Assembly: GCF_000372725.1 (NCBI RefSeq)
Contig: NW_005202176.1
Span: 291,152-355,151, forward strand
From: Emiliania huxleyi CCMP1516
Lineage: Eukaryota
Reading direction: 5' to 3'
DNA: 64,000 nt
The position numbers and the translations under genes are program-made. Below are positions 45,022 through 57,100 of the stretch, one piece after another (position 1 is the first letter of the stretch; each line of letters starts with the position of its first letter). The notes below the pieces were generated by a model. The model was not told where the DNA came from and searched no databases. It was given only the letters and a program-made list of their open reading frames with translations.

Positions 45022-47352
45022 CTAGCCCGAAGCAGCCTGGGCGTCGCCCTCGCTGAGCGCCGCCTCCAGGTCGCCGATGATGGTGCGCGCCGCCGCGGGG
45101 ATGCGCGTGCCCGGCCCGAAGACGCTCTTCACTCCCGCCTCGTGCAGCAGGCCGTAGTCCTGCTGCGGGATGACGCCGCCGGCCACCACCATCGCCTCGC
45201 AGCCCTGCGCCGACAGCTCCTTGATGAGCGCCGGCAGGAGCGTGCGGTGGCCCGCCGCCTGCGACGAGACGCCGACCACGTGCACGTCTGCGTCGACCGC
45301 CTGCAGCGCAACCTCGGCGGGCGTCGCAAAGAGCGGGCCGACGTCGACGTCGAAGCCCAGGTCGGCAAAGGCGGAGGCGATGACGTTGGCGCCGCGGTCG
45401 TGCCCGTCCTGCCCCATCTTTGCCACCAGGATGCGTGGGCGACGCCCGTGCCGCGCCGCAAACTCCTCCGCCATCGCCACGGTCGCCTCGATCTCGCCGC
45501 CGTCGCTGCGGAAGTCGCCGAGATAGGCGCCCGAGCCGACGGTGTGCGAGGGCGTGTACCGCCCCCACTGCCGCTCGAGCGCGTCCGAGATCTCGCCCAC
45601 CGTCGCGCGCGCCCGCGCCGCGTCGATTGCCAGCGCGAGGAGGTTGCCGTCGTACGTCGCGGCGGCGGCGGAGAGCGCCGCGAGCGCCTTTTGCAGCGTG
45701 GCCTCGTCGCGCTCGGCGCGCAGCCGCTTCAGCTTCGCCTCCTGCGCCGCGCGCACGTCGAGGTTGTCGATGACGCGCGGCTCGACGACGGGCTGCTCGC
45801 GGCCGGCCGCCGGCGCGTACTTGTTGATGCCGACGATGACGTCGTCGCCAGAGTCGATGCGCGCCTGCTTGCGGGTGGCGCAAACCTCGATCCGCTGCTT
45901 TGGCATGCCGGAGGCGACCGCCTTGGCCATGCCGCCGAGCGCCTCCACCTCCTCGATGATGGCGCGCGCCTCCTCGACGAGCCTGTCGGTGAGCGCCTTT
46001 GGCCCGCGGGCGGCGGGGTCAGGGGGTGGGGCGGGGGGTTGGGGCTGGGGCGGGGGTTGGGGCAGGGGCGGGGGTTGGGACCGGGGCGGGTTGGGGCAGG
46101 GGCGAGGGCAGCCGGCGGAGCGTGTGACGCGGGTCGAGTCGGAGGAGGAGGCGTGGGGAGGGCCGTGTCGCCTCCATCATGTAGGAAGTGTCTAGGAAGT
46201 GTCTAGGAAGTGTCTCCTCCATCATGTAGGAAGTGTCTAGGAAGTGTCTAGGAAGTGTCTCCTCCATCATGTAGGAAGTGTCTAGGAAGTGTCTAGGAAG
46301 TGTCTCCTCCATCATGTAGGAAGTGTCTAGGAAGTGTCTAGGAAGTGTCGCCTCCATCATGTAGGAAGTGTCTAGGAAGTGTCTCCTCCATCATGTAGGA
46401 AGTGTCTAGGAAGTGTCTAGGAAGTGTCTCCTCCATCATGTAGGAAGTGTCTAGGAAGTGTCTAGGAAGTGTCTCCTCCATCATGTAGGAAGTGTCTAGG
46501 AAGTGTCTAGGAAGTGTCGCCTCCATCATGTAGGAAGTGTCTAGGAAGTGTCTAGGAAGTGTCTCCTCCATCATGTAGGAAGTGTCTAGGAAGTGTCTCC
46601 TCCATCATGTAGGAAGTGTCTAGGAAGTGTCTAGGAAGTGTCTCCTCCATCATGTAGGAGCCGCCCCAAGGGTCGACCACGTGGGGAATGCCCGTCTCCT
46701 CGGCGAGGATGAGCTGCGTGTTGCGCGCGAGCGAGGCGGAGAAGTCGGTCGGCAGTCCGATGGCCTAATTAATTCGTTCATTCGTTAATTAGTTAGAAGT
46801 CCGTCGGCAGTCCGATGGCCTGCGGCGGAGAAGTCGGCGAGGGGTGGGGAGGAGGCGGCGAGAGGGTGGGGGGGCGGCGGCGAGAGGCGGGGGTGGCGGC
46901 GATCGCGGTGAGAGGCATCGCTCCGCATGGGGATGGCGCTGTGCGTGCGGGTCGCGGGTGTGCGGGTGTGCGGGTGTGCGGGTGTGCGGGTGTGCGGGTG
47001 TGCGGTGTGCGGTGGCCTCGTCAAACGAGTTTGTGTGCAGCGACTGCGTGCCGCCCATCACCGCGGCCATCGCCTCGACCGTGGTGCGGATCACGTTGTT
47101 GTACGGCTCCTGCGCAGTGAGCGACCAGCCGCTCGTCTGGCAGTGCGTGCGCAGCAGGAGTGACTTCTCCTTCTTGGGGTCGAAGTGCTGCTTCATCAGC
47201 TCCGCCCACAGCCGCCGCGCCGCCCGCAGCTTGGCAACCTCCATGTAAAAGTTCATCGAGATGCCCCAGAAAAAGGAGATGCGCGGCGCGATGTCGTCGA
47301 CGCCGACGACGCCCGTCGCCTCGGCCGCACGCACGTACTCGAGCCCGTCCGC
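45022..47352 (-). pseudogene. MUT: Methylmalonyl-CoA mutase, C-terminal ~60%; 5' part missing
   Basis: [50 protein letters not shown]12-binding RRPRILVAKMGQDGHDRG; upstream of 47384 is unrelated duplicated DNA. Confidence 0.9.
46171..46659. repeat. Compound intronic tandem repeat: 12 copies of exon end CCTCCATCATGTAGGA separated by AGGAAGTGTCT units
   Basis: Copies at 46171, 46216, 46261, 46306, 46351, 46385, 46430, 46475, 46520, 46565, 46599, 46644 (periods of 45 or 34 bp). Confidence 0.95.
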
Positions 47353-47383
47353 CTGCGCACCGGGCCGGCGGCGTGAGAGTGCT

Positions 47384-47644
47384 GCGGCTGGGGCGGGGCG
47401 CTGGTGGAGCACGCAAGCAGCGGGGCGCGCGCGACGCGGCTGCCCGACAGCGATGCCGCTGAGGCCGAGTCTTGCGTGGCCTCAGAGGCGAACATAGAGC
47501 TCGCAAAGTCCATCGTGGCGCGGATGGACGCGTCAGGTTAGCGGTAGCAAGGGGTGACACCACCTCCGAGCGTCGCACTTTTGGGCACTCATACGTGCTA
47601 CTGTATTCAATGGGTTGCGAGAAAGTTGTTCACAAAGCGGCGCG
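47384..47644 (+). repeat. ~260 bp direct duplicate of 62514-62773 (3' end of the endonuclease III-like gene)
   Basis: Essentially identical sequence (one extra T). Confidence 0.95.
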
Positions 47645-48135
47645 ACTGCCCGACTGGTTCGCGACTTTTTATCACCGTTCACCGATCTTCAAGTGAGCCT
47701 CCCCAGGGGACCATCGGTCTTCCTCTTCGGTGCCTGCAGAGCGAGGCACCGATTCGCGATTGGAAAAGCACAGTGCGCTGTGTGCCCCAACCCCCAACAC
47801 AATCGGGTGTTCCTGCGCGGCCCCTTTCCATTCCTAAGGGGGGGCTAGGGCCTAGGCCACGAGAACGCGGCGCGGACTAAACTTCGCGATTTTTTAATTT
47901 TATTTTCCAGATCACTGGCTCCTAGCAACTTCTTCGCGACAAGACCGACGGGTCGAGAACAACTTCTCGTCAAGGAAGGCGCTCGTCAAGGCGCTCAAGA
48001 GCGCGATTGGCAAGTAAAGGCGTGTGGGTGGGACAAAGGCACGCGGACCTGCGGGGTAGATAGAACCCAGATGACCAAAAATGGTAAGTTTGCGTGAACA
48101 GACTCTCTGCCTTCTCGACTCACGTCGACTGTCTG

Positions 48136-50117
48136 AGAGAGAGAGATTTTTAGCCATACCAAACAACTCTAACACTCACACGTAATTTGGGGCCTGGAGC
48201 CCTGTTCACGCGCGCGCGAGACGTGCAGACAGGGTTGCCAGGTGAGAGCGAATGGCGCGGTTCACGCCTCGCACAACAGAGAGAGAGATGCGCTCTGCAT
48301 GGTGGGACATAAAAGAGAGCGAGTACTTGGGCGAGTAGGCCGTGCGGTCAACGCTGCCGCGCGCGACTTTGCGCGCGAGGCGGCGCAGCTTGAGAACGGC
48401 GGTGGGCGAGAAGCCGCCGCCGAACGTCTCGTGGAGCAGCAGGTTGAAGTTGTTGCGCTTGACAAAGATCGCGTCGTGGTAGAAACCGCGATGCGCCTTG
48501 ACGTAGCCGTGGCCGGTCTTGTGGGAGAAGGGTTGGCTGGGCTGCCCGCGCGCCTTGCAGCCCATGTTCAGGCGGCGGGCCTTCTCCTCGGTGTTGCCGA
48601 AGGCGTAGGAGTGGCCAACGGAGGCGGGCGTGCCGCCACTCGAGGCGTTGCCAACGCCCGGCGAGGAGGTCTTGAGGAGGGGCGTCCAGAGCTTGACTTC
48701 ATTCACCTCATCGCATCCTCCCGGGCCAGCGTGGGGTTCTGCGAGGTCGACCTTGTACCCCTCATTGTACTGCCGGGTGAGCTCTGGTTTCTCCTTGTCA
48801 CCGTGCACGACCGGCGCGTTGGCCGGGGCGCGCATCGCGTCCGCCCAGGCGGCGAGGACGCCGTCGTGGGGCCGCCGGTGGTGGGCCTTGTTGTAAAGGT
48901 AGTCGCCGAAGAAATCGACTGGCATGCCCCGCTCGAGCGCGACCCGTAGGGTGGGAAGCGCCGCGGAGAGCCAAAGGCCGAGCTTCCGCTGGAGCTCGTC
49001 CTGGAGGATGTCGGAGGAGAGGGCGGTGGCGTACGTACCGTCGACACGGACATCGAAGGCCTTGCCGGCGAAAGGCGTTGAGGCGGAGACGAGGCGCGCG
49101 GCTTCGCGGTTGTTGACGGCGCTGTCTCCGAGGGACGGGTTGTTCTTGACGTGCACATCCCGCGCCTTGACGAGCTCCTGGTGCGCGAACCAGTCCTTGT
49201 GATTCTTGATGGCAGCGAGCGCCCGCGGCCGCGGGTACGTGGATTTGCAAGTGCCATTGAGAATCGCGTCGGTAGCTGGAAGGGACTCGGGCTCGGGGAG
49301 CGGGACGCTCTTGGGGTAGAACTCAGTCAGGTAGCCGCCGCAGACGGTGTAGTACTTGTTTTTGTCGCGGGCGGTGCGCTTCTCGCACACCTCCTTCCAG
49401 TCCGAGAGGGCGGACTCGTAGGTGGCGATAGCTGCGGCGATGGCGGGGTACTTGGACGCACCTGCCTCGTCGAGGGCGAAGTCGGGGTTGTGGGCGACGA
49501 GGGTGCGCCAGTTCTTGAGGAGCGACATGGAGAAGTCGCTGTCGGCTCGCGAGAAGGCGGTGTCGATGTTGCACCCGCCCATCTCGGTCGGCAGCTGTGC
49601 CTGGAGCCACGCGAGGTCGCGGAGCGCCTGGGGCGAGGCGTCGGCGCGAGCAATGCTCTCAAAGGACTTGCGGATGCGGTTGTGCGCAAACTCGAGAGCC
49701 TCGCACGCGACATTGGGCGGCGTGATGCCGGCAATGTACTTGGTCTTTGCGCAGGCAATCCGTTGGACGAGGTTGAGGCGGAGCTGCGAGGTGTTCGTGA
49801 CGCAGTCAGTGTCGACGATCGTGTCGATGGCGTCGAGCGGCGCAAGCTTCTTCCTGAGGTGCGCGGTGAGCTCCTTTTTGCAGGCCTCAGGGTCGCCAAA
49901 GAAGGTGCCGACGGCCTTGAAGCAGTCCACTCGCCCCGTGGGTTTGCCCTCCTTGTCGCGGTGCGCCGGCGAGCCCCGGAGCCAGCCCGGCGCGCACGAG
50001 AGGTCGCCCTCGGGCGAGTAGATGAGCGACTTACTGACGCCGTCGAAGACGCTCGCTCCCTTCTTCTGCGCCTCGAGGAGGCCCTTTGGTCCGGAAGATT
50101 TTTAGCAATACCAAACA
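48136..50117 (-). mobile_element. 5'-truncated non-LTR retrotransposon with restriction-like endonuclease (CRE/R2-like group)
   Basis: ORF open ~50095-48206: end of RT (KSLIYSP, FKAVGTFFG), QLPTEMGGCNI, RRPHDGV, D...EVK endonuclease region, LLHETFGGGFSP; (TC)n tail; ACTGTCTG duplicated at 48128-48135 and 50118-50125. Confidence 0.85.
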
Positions 50118-50132
50118 ACTGTCTGTGGACTG

Positions 50133-50818
50133 TGCTTGTTGCGTCTTGGGTCCCGGTTGTGTTTTTCTGTGAACAGACAGCCCTGGACCCCGTGTTGCGT
50201 GACTGTCTCTCTGTCTGCGATTTCGGGCCCGGGGTTGTGCGTTTATTTATGTGAACAGACAGCGTGAACAGTGGTCGCCATGGTGCCACGGCTGACAGCA
50301 TCGGTGAAGAAGCGTCTGGACGCCTTCTTGACCGCGGCCGCTGCACGGCTCGGCGCACAAGCCTGCGCGCTCTCATCTTTGACAAATATGCCGAATCATT
50401 TGACGACGACGTCAGCGATCGGACTAAAGTTGCTGGTTTGTTTCTCTTACTAAGGGTAAAAGGTTGCTCCCGCCTCAGTGGGAGCAGGCGCACATCGCTT
50501 GCAGGGAGGGGGGCGCGGTTCCTTTAGTCCGATCGCTGACGTCGTCGTCAAATGATTCGGCATATTTGTCAAAGATGAGAGCGCGCAGGCTTGTGCGCCG
50601 AGCCGTGCAGCGGCCGCGGTCAAGAAGGCGTCCAGACGCTTCTTCACCGATGCTGTCAGCCGTGGCACCTTGGCGACCACTGTTCACGCTGTCTGTTCAC
50701 ATAAATAAACGCACAACCCCGGGCCCGAAATCGCAGACAGAGAGACAGTCACGCAACACGGGGTCCAGGGCTGTCTGTTCACAGAAAAACACAACCGGGA
50801 CCCAAGACGCAACAAGCA
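50133..50818. repeat. Long inverted repeat (~297 bp arms, 92 bp spacer), foldback-like element
   Basis: 50133-50429 is the near-perfect reverse complement of 50522-50818; right arm runs into the N gap. Confidence 0.85.
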
Positions 50819-50827
50819 AGCACAGAC

Positions 50828-50927
50828 NNNNNNNNNNNNNNNNNNNNNNNNNNNNNNNNNNNNNNNNNNNNNNNNNNNNNNNNNNNNNNNNNNNNNNNNN
50901 NNNNNNNNNNNNNNNNNNNNNNNNNNN
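50828..50927. other. Assembly gap
   Basis: Run of 100 N. Confidence 0.99.
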
Positions 50928-51168
50928 CGGACCCCCCCCCCCCCCAGCATGTGGTGTGCAGAGAAGCGCGCCCCCCTCCCTGGAAGCGATGTGCGCCTGC
51001 TCTGGGGATTTTGGCCGATCTCAGAGCTCAGTGATCGTCTAGAAATCCTAAATGGCCCGCAATCCGTATCTTTTGTGCCTAACTTGTAGAGCACCTTGAA
51101 AAACTAGTATGTCTTGGATGGGGCGGGGATCGTGGTGAGCAATTCCCAGATTCTCCAGATTCCCCTCG

Positions 51169-54100
51169 ATTAAAACTCCTGGGCTCTCAATGCCTAGCCC
51201 GCCGTTCTGTCAGCCGCGGCCCGCATGTCCAGACAGTGCGGGCCTCGACGCCACACTAGGTCCATTGGGTTGAACCCTGGCTTGTCTCGAAGGTGAGGTA
51301 TAGAGGGTCACATGGGGAATGCGAACTCGTCATGATGCGCGGCGACGGCGGCGTCGATATCTATCGACGCCGCCGCCCCGCGCTCCAAAACGGTCGCGTA
51401 CGCATATGCGCACAACTAGGTACGTGCCAACCCGCATGGGCCAGACACCGTCAAAGGTCCCTCTCCACTCCTCCTTGCACCACTGAAGCATATGCAGCTG
51501 ATGTGAGCAAGGTCGCCTAAGCGGCCCCCCTCGCTGTGGGTTGCCGTAGTTGGACCAATGCCACGCGTTGTGGCGAAGATGGCCTTATGCAGAGCCTGGC
51601 CGGGCCGTCTTCGGGCCCGGCCGCCCTAACAGTACGACGCATACGCGCCGCGACCGCTTCAAGTGTCGCCGCCGCCGCAAGGCGGACGGCGCCCGCCGCC
51701 CAGCCAACAGTGGCTAGGGCGGGGGAAGGGTGGATTCGAGCCGCCCGCACGCTCGTGCGGTAGGGAGGCTCGTGTAAAGCACGCCGTGCGCAAGCACAGG
51801 TGCGCGTTTGAAGCATTCGAGTCGCAGCAGCGAAGGCTGCTGTTTACTGGTTTGTGGCACGCCACGCGTCTCGCGCGGTGAGTGCTGAGATACGCCCCGA
51901 GCACGATCGCCGGGGCGGCTGCATGACTAGAACGACCCGTGCCGTGGCACAGGTCGAGTAGAGAGGGCCGCACACGCGTCCTTGCGGGCGGCCCGTTGTG
52001 AAGGGTCGAGCGCGCCGAAGCGAGGTGTGCTCGTGTTGCAAGTGTCGCCGCCGCAACAAGGCGGACGGCGCCCGCCGCCCAGCCAACAGTGGCTAGGGCG
52101 GGGGAAGGGTGGATTCGAGCCGCCCGCACGCTCGTGCGGTCGGGGGCTCGTGTAGGGCACGCCGTGCGCAAGCACAGGTGCGCGTTTGCAGCATTCGAGT
52201 CGCAGCAGCGGAGGCTGCTGCTTACTGATTTGTGGCACGCCACGCGTCTCGCGCGGTGAGTGCTGAGATACGCACCGAGCACGATCGCCGGGGCGGCTGC
52301 ATGACTAGAACGACCCGTGCCGTGGCACAGGTCGAGTAGAGAGGGCCGCACACGCGTCCTTGCGGGCGGCCCGTTGTGAAAAATCGAGCGCGCCGAAGCG
52401 AGGTGTGCTCGTGTTGCAAGTGTCGCCGCCGCAACAAGGCGGACGGCGCCCGCCGCCCAGCCAACAGTGGCTAGGGCGGGGGAAGGGTGGATTCGAGCCG
52501 CCCGCACGCTCGTGCGGTAGGGAGGCTCGTGTAGAGCACGCCGTGCGCAAGCACAGGTGCGCGTTTGAAGCATTCGAGTCGCAGTAGCGAAGGCTGCTGT
52601 TTACTGGTTTGTGTGGCACTCCACGCGTCTCGCGCGGTGAGTGCTGAGATACGCCCCGAGCACGATCGCCGGGGCGGCTGCATGACTAGAACGACCCGCG
52701 CCGTGGCACAGGTCGAGTAGAGAGGGCCGCACACGCGTCCTTGCGGGCGGCCCGTTGTGAAGGGTCGAGCGCGCCGAAGCGAGGTGTGCTCGTGTTGCAA
52801 GTGTCGCCGCCGCCGCAAGGCGGACGGCGCCCACCGCCCAGCCAACAGTGGCTAGGCCGGGGGAAGGGTGGATTCGAGCCGCCCGCACGCTCGTGTGGCC
52901 GGGAGGCTCGTGTAGAGCACGCCGTGCGCAAGCACAGGTGCGCGTTTGAAGCATTCGAGTCGCAGCAGCGAAGGCTGCTGTTTACTGGTTTGTGGCACGC
53001 CACGCATCTCGCGCGGTGAGTGCTGAGATACGCACCGAGCACGATCGCCGGGGCGGCTGCATGACTAGAACGACCCGCGCCGTGGCACAGGTCGAGTAGA
53101 GAGGGCCGCACACGCGTCCTTGCGGGCGGCCCGTTGTGAAGGATCGAGCACACCGAAGCGAGGTGTGCTCGTGTTGCAAGTGTCGCCGCCGCCGCAAGGC
53201 GGACGGCGCCCGCCGCCCAGCCAACAGTGGCTAGGGCGGGGGAAGGGTGGATTCGAGCCGCCCGCACGCTCGTGCGGTAGGGAGGCTCGTGTAGAGCACG
53301 CCGTGCGCAAGCACAGGTGCGCGTTTGAAGCATTCGAGTCGCAGCAGCGAAGGCTGCTGCTTACTGGTTTGTGGCACGCCACGCGTCTCGCGCGGTGAGT
53401 GCTGAGATACGCCCCGAGCACGATCGCCGGGGCGGCTGCATGACTAGAACGACCCGTGCCGTGGCACAGGTCGAGTAGAGAGGGCCGCACACGCGTCCTT
53501 GCGGGCGGCCCGTTGTGAAGGATCGAGCACACCGAAGCGAGGTGTGCTCGTGTTGCAAGTGTCGCCGCCGCCGCAAGGCGGACGGCGCCCGCCGCCCAGC
53601 CAACAGTGGCTAGGGCGGGGGAAGGGTGGATTCGAGCCGCCCGCACGCTCGTGCGGTAGGGAGGCTTGTGTAGAGCACGCCGTGCGCAAGCACAGGTGCG
53701 CGTTTGCAGCATTCGAGTCGCAGCAGCGGAGGCTGCTGCTTACTGGTTTGTGTGGCACGCCACGCGTCTCGCGCGGTGAGTGCTGAGATACGCCCCGAGC
53801 ACGATCGCCGGGGCGGCTGCATGACTAGAACGACCCGTGCCGTGGCACAGGTCGAGTAGAGAGGGCCGCACACGCGTCCTTGCGGGCGGCCCGTTGTGAA
53901 GGGTCGAGCGCGCCGAAGCGAGGTGTGCTCGTGTTGCAAGTGTCGCCGCCGCCGCAAGGCGGACGGCGCCCACCGCCCAGCCAACAGTCGGTAGGGCGGG
54001 GAAAGGTGAATTCGAGCCGCCCGCACGCTCGTGCGGTAGGGAGGCTCGTGTAGAGCACGCCGTGCGCAAGCACAGGTGCGCGTTTGAAGCATTCGAGTCG

Positions 54101-57100
54101 CAGTAGCGAAGGCTGCTGCTTACTGGTTTGTGTGGCACTCCACGCGTCTCGCGCGGTGAGTGCTGAGATACGCCCCGAGCACGATCGCCGGGGCGGCTGC
54201 ATGACTAGAACGACCCGTGCCGTGGCACAGGTCGAGTAGAGAGGGCCGCACACGCGTCCTTGCGGGCGGCCCGTTGAGAAGGGTCGAGCGCGCCGAAGCG
54301 AGGCGTGCTCGTGTTGCAAGTGTCGCCGCCGCCGCAAGGCGGACGGCGCCCGCCGCCCAGCCAACAGTGGCTAGGCCGGGGGAAGGGTGGATTCGAGCCG
54401 CCCGCACGCTCGTGCGGTAGGGAGGCTCGTGTAGAGCACGCCGTGCGCAAGCACAGGTGCGCGTTTGAAGCATTCGAGTCGCAGCAGCGGAGGCTGCTGT
54501 TTACTGGTTTGTGTGGCACTCCACGCGTCTCGCGCGGTGAGTGCTGAGATACGCCCCGAGCACGATCGCCGGGGCGGCTGCATGACTAGAACGACCCGTG
54601 CCGTGGCACAGGTCGAGTAGAGAGGGCCGCACACGCGTCCTTGCGGGCGGCCCGTTGTGAAGGGTCGAGCGCGCCGAAGCGAGGTGTGCTCGTGTTGCAA
54701 GTGTCGCCGCCGCCGCCGGGGGAAAGGTGAATTCGAGCCGCCCGCACGCTCGTGCGGTAGGGAGGCTCGTGTAGAGCACGCCGTGCGCAAGCACAGGTGC
54801 GCGTTTGAAGCATTCGAGTCGCAGCAGCGAAGGCTGCTGCTTACTGGTTTGTGGCACGCCACGCGTCTCGCGCGGTGAGTGCTGAGATACGCCCCCAGCA
54901 CGATCGCCGGGGCGGCTGCATGGCTAGAACGACCCGTGCCGTGGCACAGGCCGAGTAGAGAGGGCCGCACACGCGTCCTTGCGGGCGGCCCGTTGTGAAG
55001 GGTCGAGCGCGCCGAAGCGAGGTGTGCTCGTGTTGCAAGTGTCGCCGTCGCCGCAAGGCGGACGGCGCCCACCGCCCAGCCAACAGTGGCTAGGGCGGGG
55101 GAAGGGTGGATTCGAGCCGCCCGCACGCTCGTGCGGCCGGGGGGCTCGTGTAGAGCACGCCGTGCGCAAGCACAGGTGCGCGTTTGAAGCATTCGAGTCG
55201 CAGCAGCGGAGGCTGCTGCTTACTGGTTTGTGGCACGCCACGCGTCTCGCGCGGTGAGTGCTGAGATACGCCCCCAGCACGATCGCCGGGGCGGCTGCAT
55301 GACTAGAACGACCCGTGCCGTGGCACAGGTCGAGTAGAGAGGGCCGCACACGCGTCCTTGCGGGCGGCCCGTTGTGAAGGATCGAGTGCGCCGAAGCGAG
55401 GCCTGCTCGTGTTGCAAGTGTCCCCGCCACCGCTGCACGCGGGCTGGGCTATCGCCTGCAGGATGAGGCTAAAAGAGGCATAGTTCCCCGCGTAGAGCAC
55501 ATAGCAAAAGGACTCCCAATCTAAGCAAAGCCAGTTGCTCCATCCGGATGACGCATCAGAACTGAGAAATTTCCGTTGACAGAGAGCTGCTCGGTGTGAC
55601 GACGTGTGGTGTCCATCCCAAATGCGCCGCTGGCGCACTGTGGGGCGGGGGGGGAGGTCAAAGCGAGTCGCCCAGGCTCCCTGCTGGGCGGCTCGCGTCG
55701 TGTTTGTAACGGTTCGAAGAAGCTCTTTGTTCACGGTTGCACCGTGAACAGGAGATTGGTCGAGGCTATGCACAAGCGATGCGCGTAGACTCCGTGTGGC
55801 TCTGGGCTGCAGCCTGTTAGAGAGCCGAGTCGCTTTAATAGCACGGCCGGGCACGGTCGTACCTCGCGTGCCCTCTGTGCGAATTAAAACTCCTGGGCTC
55901 TCAATGCCTAGCCCGCCGTTCTGTCAGCCGCGGCCCGCATGTCCAGACAGTGCGGGCCTCGACGCCACACTAGGTCCATTGGGTTGAACCCTGGCTTGTC
56001 TCGAAGGTGAGGTATAGAGGGTCACATGGGGAATGCGAACTCGTCATGATGCGCGGCGACGGCGGCGTCGATATCTATCGACGCCGCCGCCCCACTTGTC
56101 TTCCTTCTCGGAAAGTTCGCGACCGAGTCTTTAGACTCGCTCGCGCGGCGCGCATTGACATATATTGACTGTGCGCATCCCCATGTCGAGCGCAGCTCGA
56201 AGTGCCGGCTGGCCTCTTCTTGAGTGCCCTGACGATTTGTGGTCATCCCGACTACGGAATAACACGTGTTCTGTCGCCCCGTTCCGGAGGAATGCCGACA
56301 GGAGTGATTTGTTACTTGTGCAATCCGTGCAGGCACACACCCTCACAGACTGCACTACGCCGCGAGGGTTCTTGCTGACCTCACGCCGTTAAGATAGCTG
56401 CGTGCGCTGGCACTCAGACAAGACACAACCAGGACACCCCTCTCCCGGGGGGCCGCTGGCGTCCGGGTCCCCAAACAGCCCGAGGGCCGTGTTGGTGCTT
56501 CCACTAGTGCAGTTCGAGTGCAGTGCGCCTCACAGGCTGACACCGCACACCGTCTCGAACTGTCCTCGACGCCGCCAGTGGCGGGCCGACGGCAGGGTAG
56601 GGGCCGCAGGCCGTGCTTCGAGGCGCAGGCTCTACTGCTCATTCATGGCTCCGCACTCCGCTCCGCGCGGCGTGTTGAGTATGGCTCACACCAGCAGCCA
56701 GACGGCTGCTGGTGGATGCTCGCGCTCCCCTCGCGCCGTCCTTGGCACGAGAGGGCGGGTTGATTTGCGAGTGCACCACGCAATGCCAGCTGGCCCTGCG
56801 GGTGCACTTCGCCCATGGTCGTGTGCTCATCTGGCGGCACTGCTTGCTGCATGGCCATGTAAAGACGCCATTTTTGCACGGTGCTTTGCGCAAAGCATTA
56901 CGTATGGGGCCACCTGCGGCTGGGGCGGTCCTCGCATTCCAGCTGGCGTGGACGACTGCTGTCCTCCTGTTGGCTGCTGGCTCCTCGTTCGAAGCTGAGC
57001 AGGCTGGTCCTCGCTGCAAAGCCTGCGGTTTGCATGTATTGGACTGGCGGCGCGGTGCTGCACGCACTGCGGCGCGGATCCGTTTGGCCCATTGCGCCCG

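Noticed and set aside
46171..46659. CRISPR-like repeat or repeat-protein ORF ([15 protein letters not shown])n
   Set aside because: Spacers are themselves an 11-mer repeat; the tract lies in a MUT intron and shifts frame.
51715..51760. tRNA gene in each array unit
   Set aside because: Only a T-arm-like piece; no matching acceptor stem, D arm or anticodon arm found.
51660..55430. CRISPR array or protein-coding repeat
   Set aside because: Whole units are repeated with no unique spacers; unit lengths of 378-381 break frame; no cas genes; eukaryotic context.
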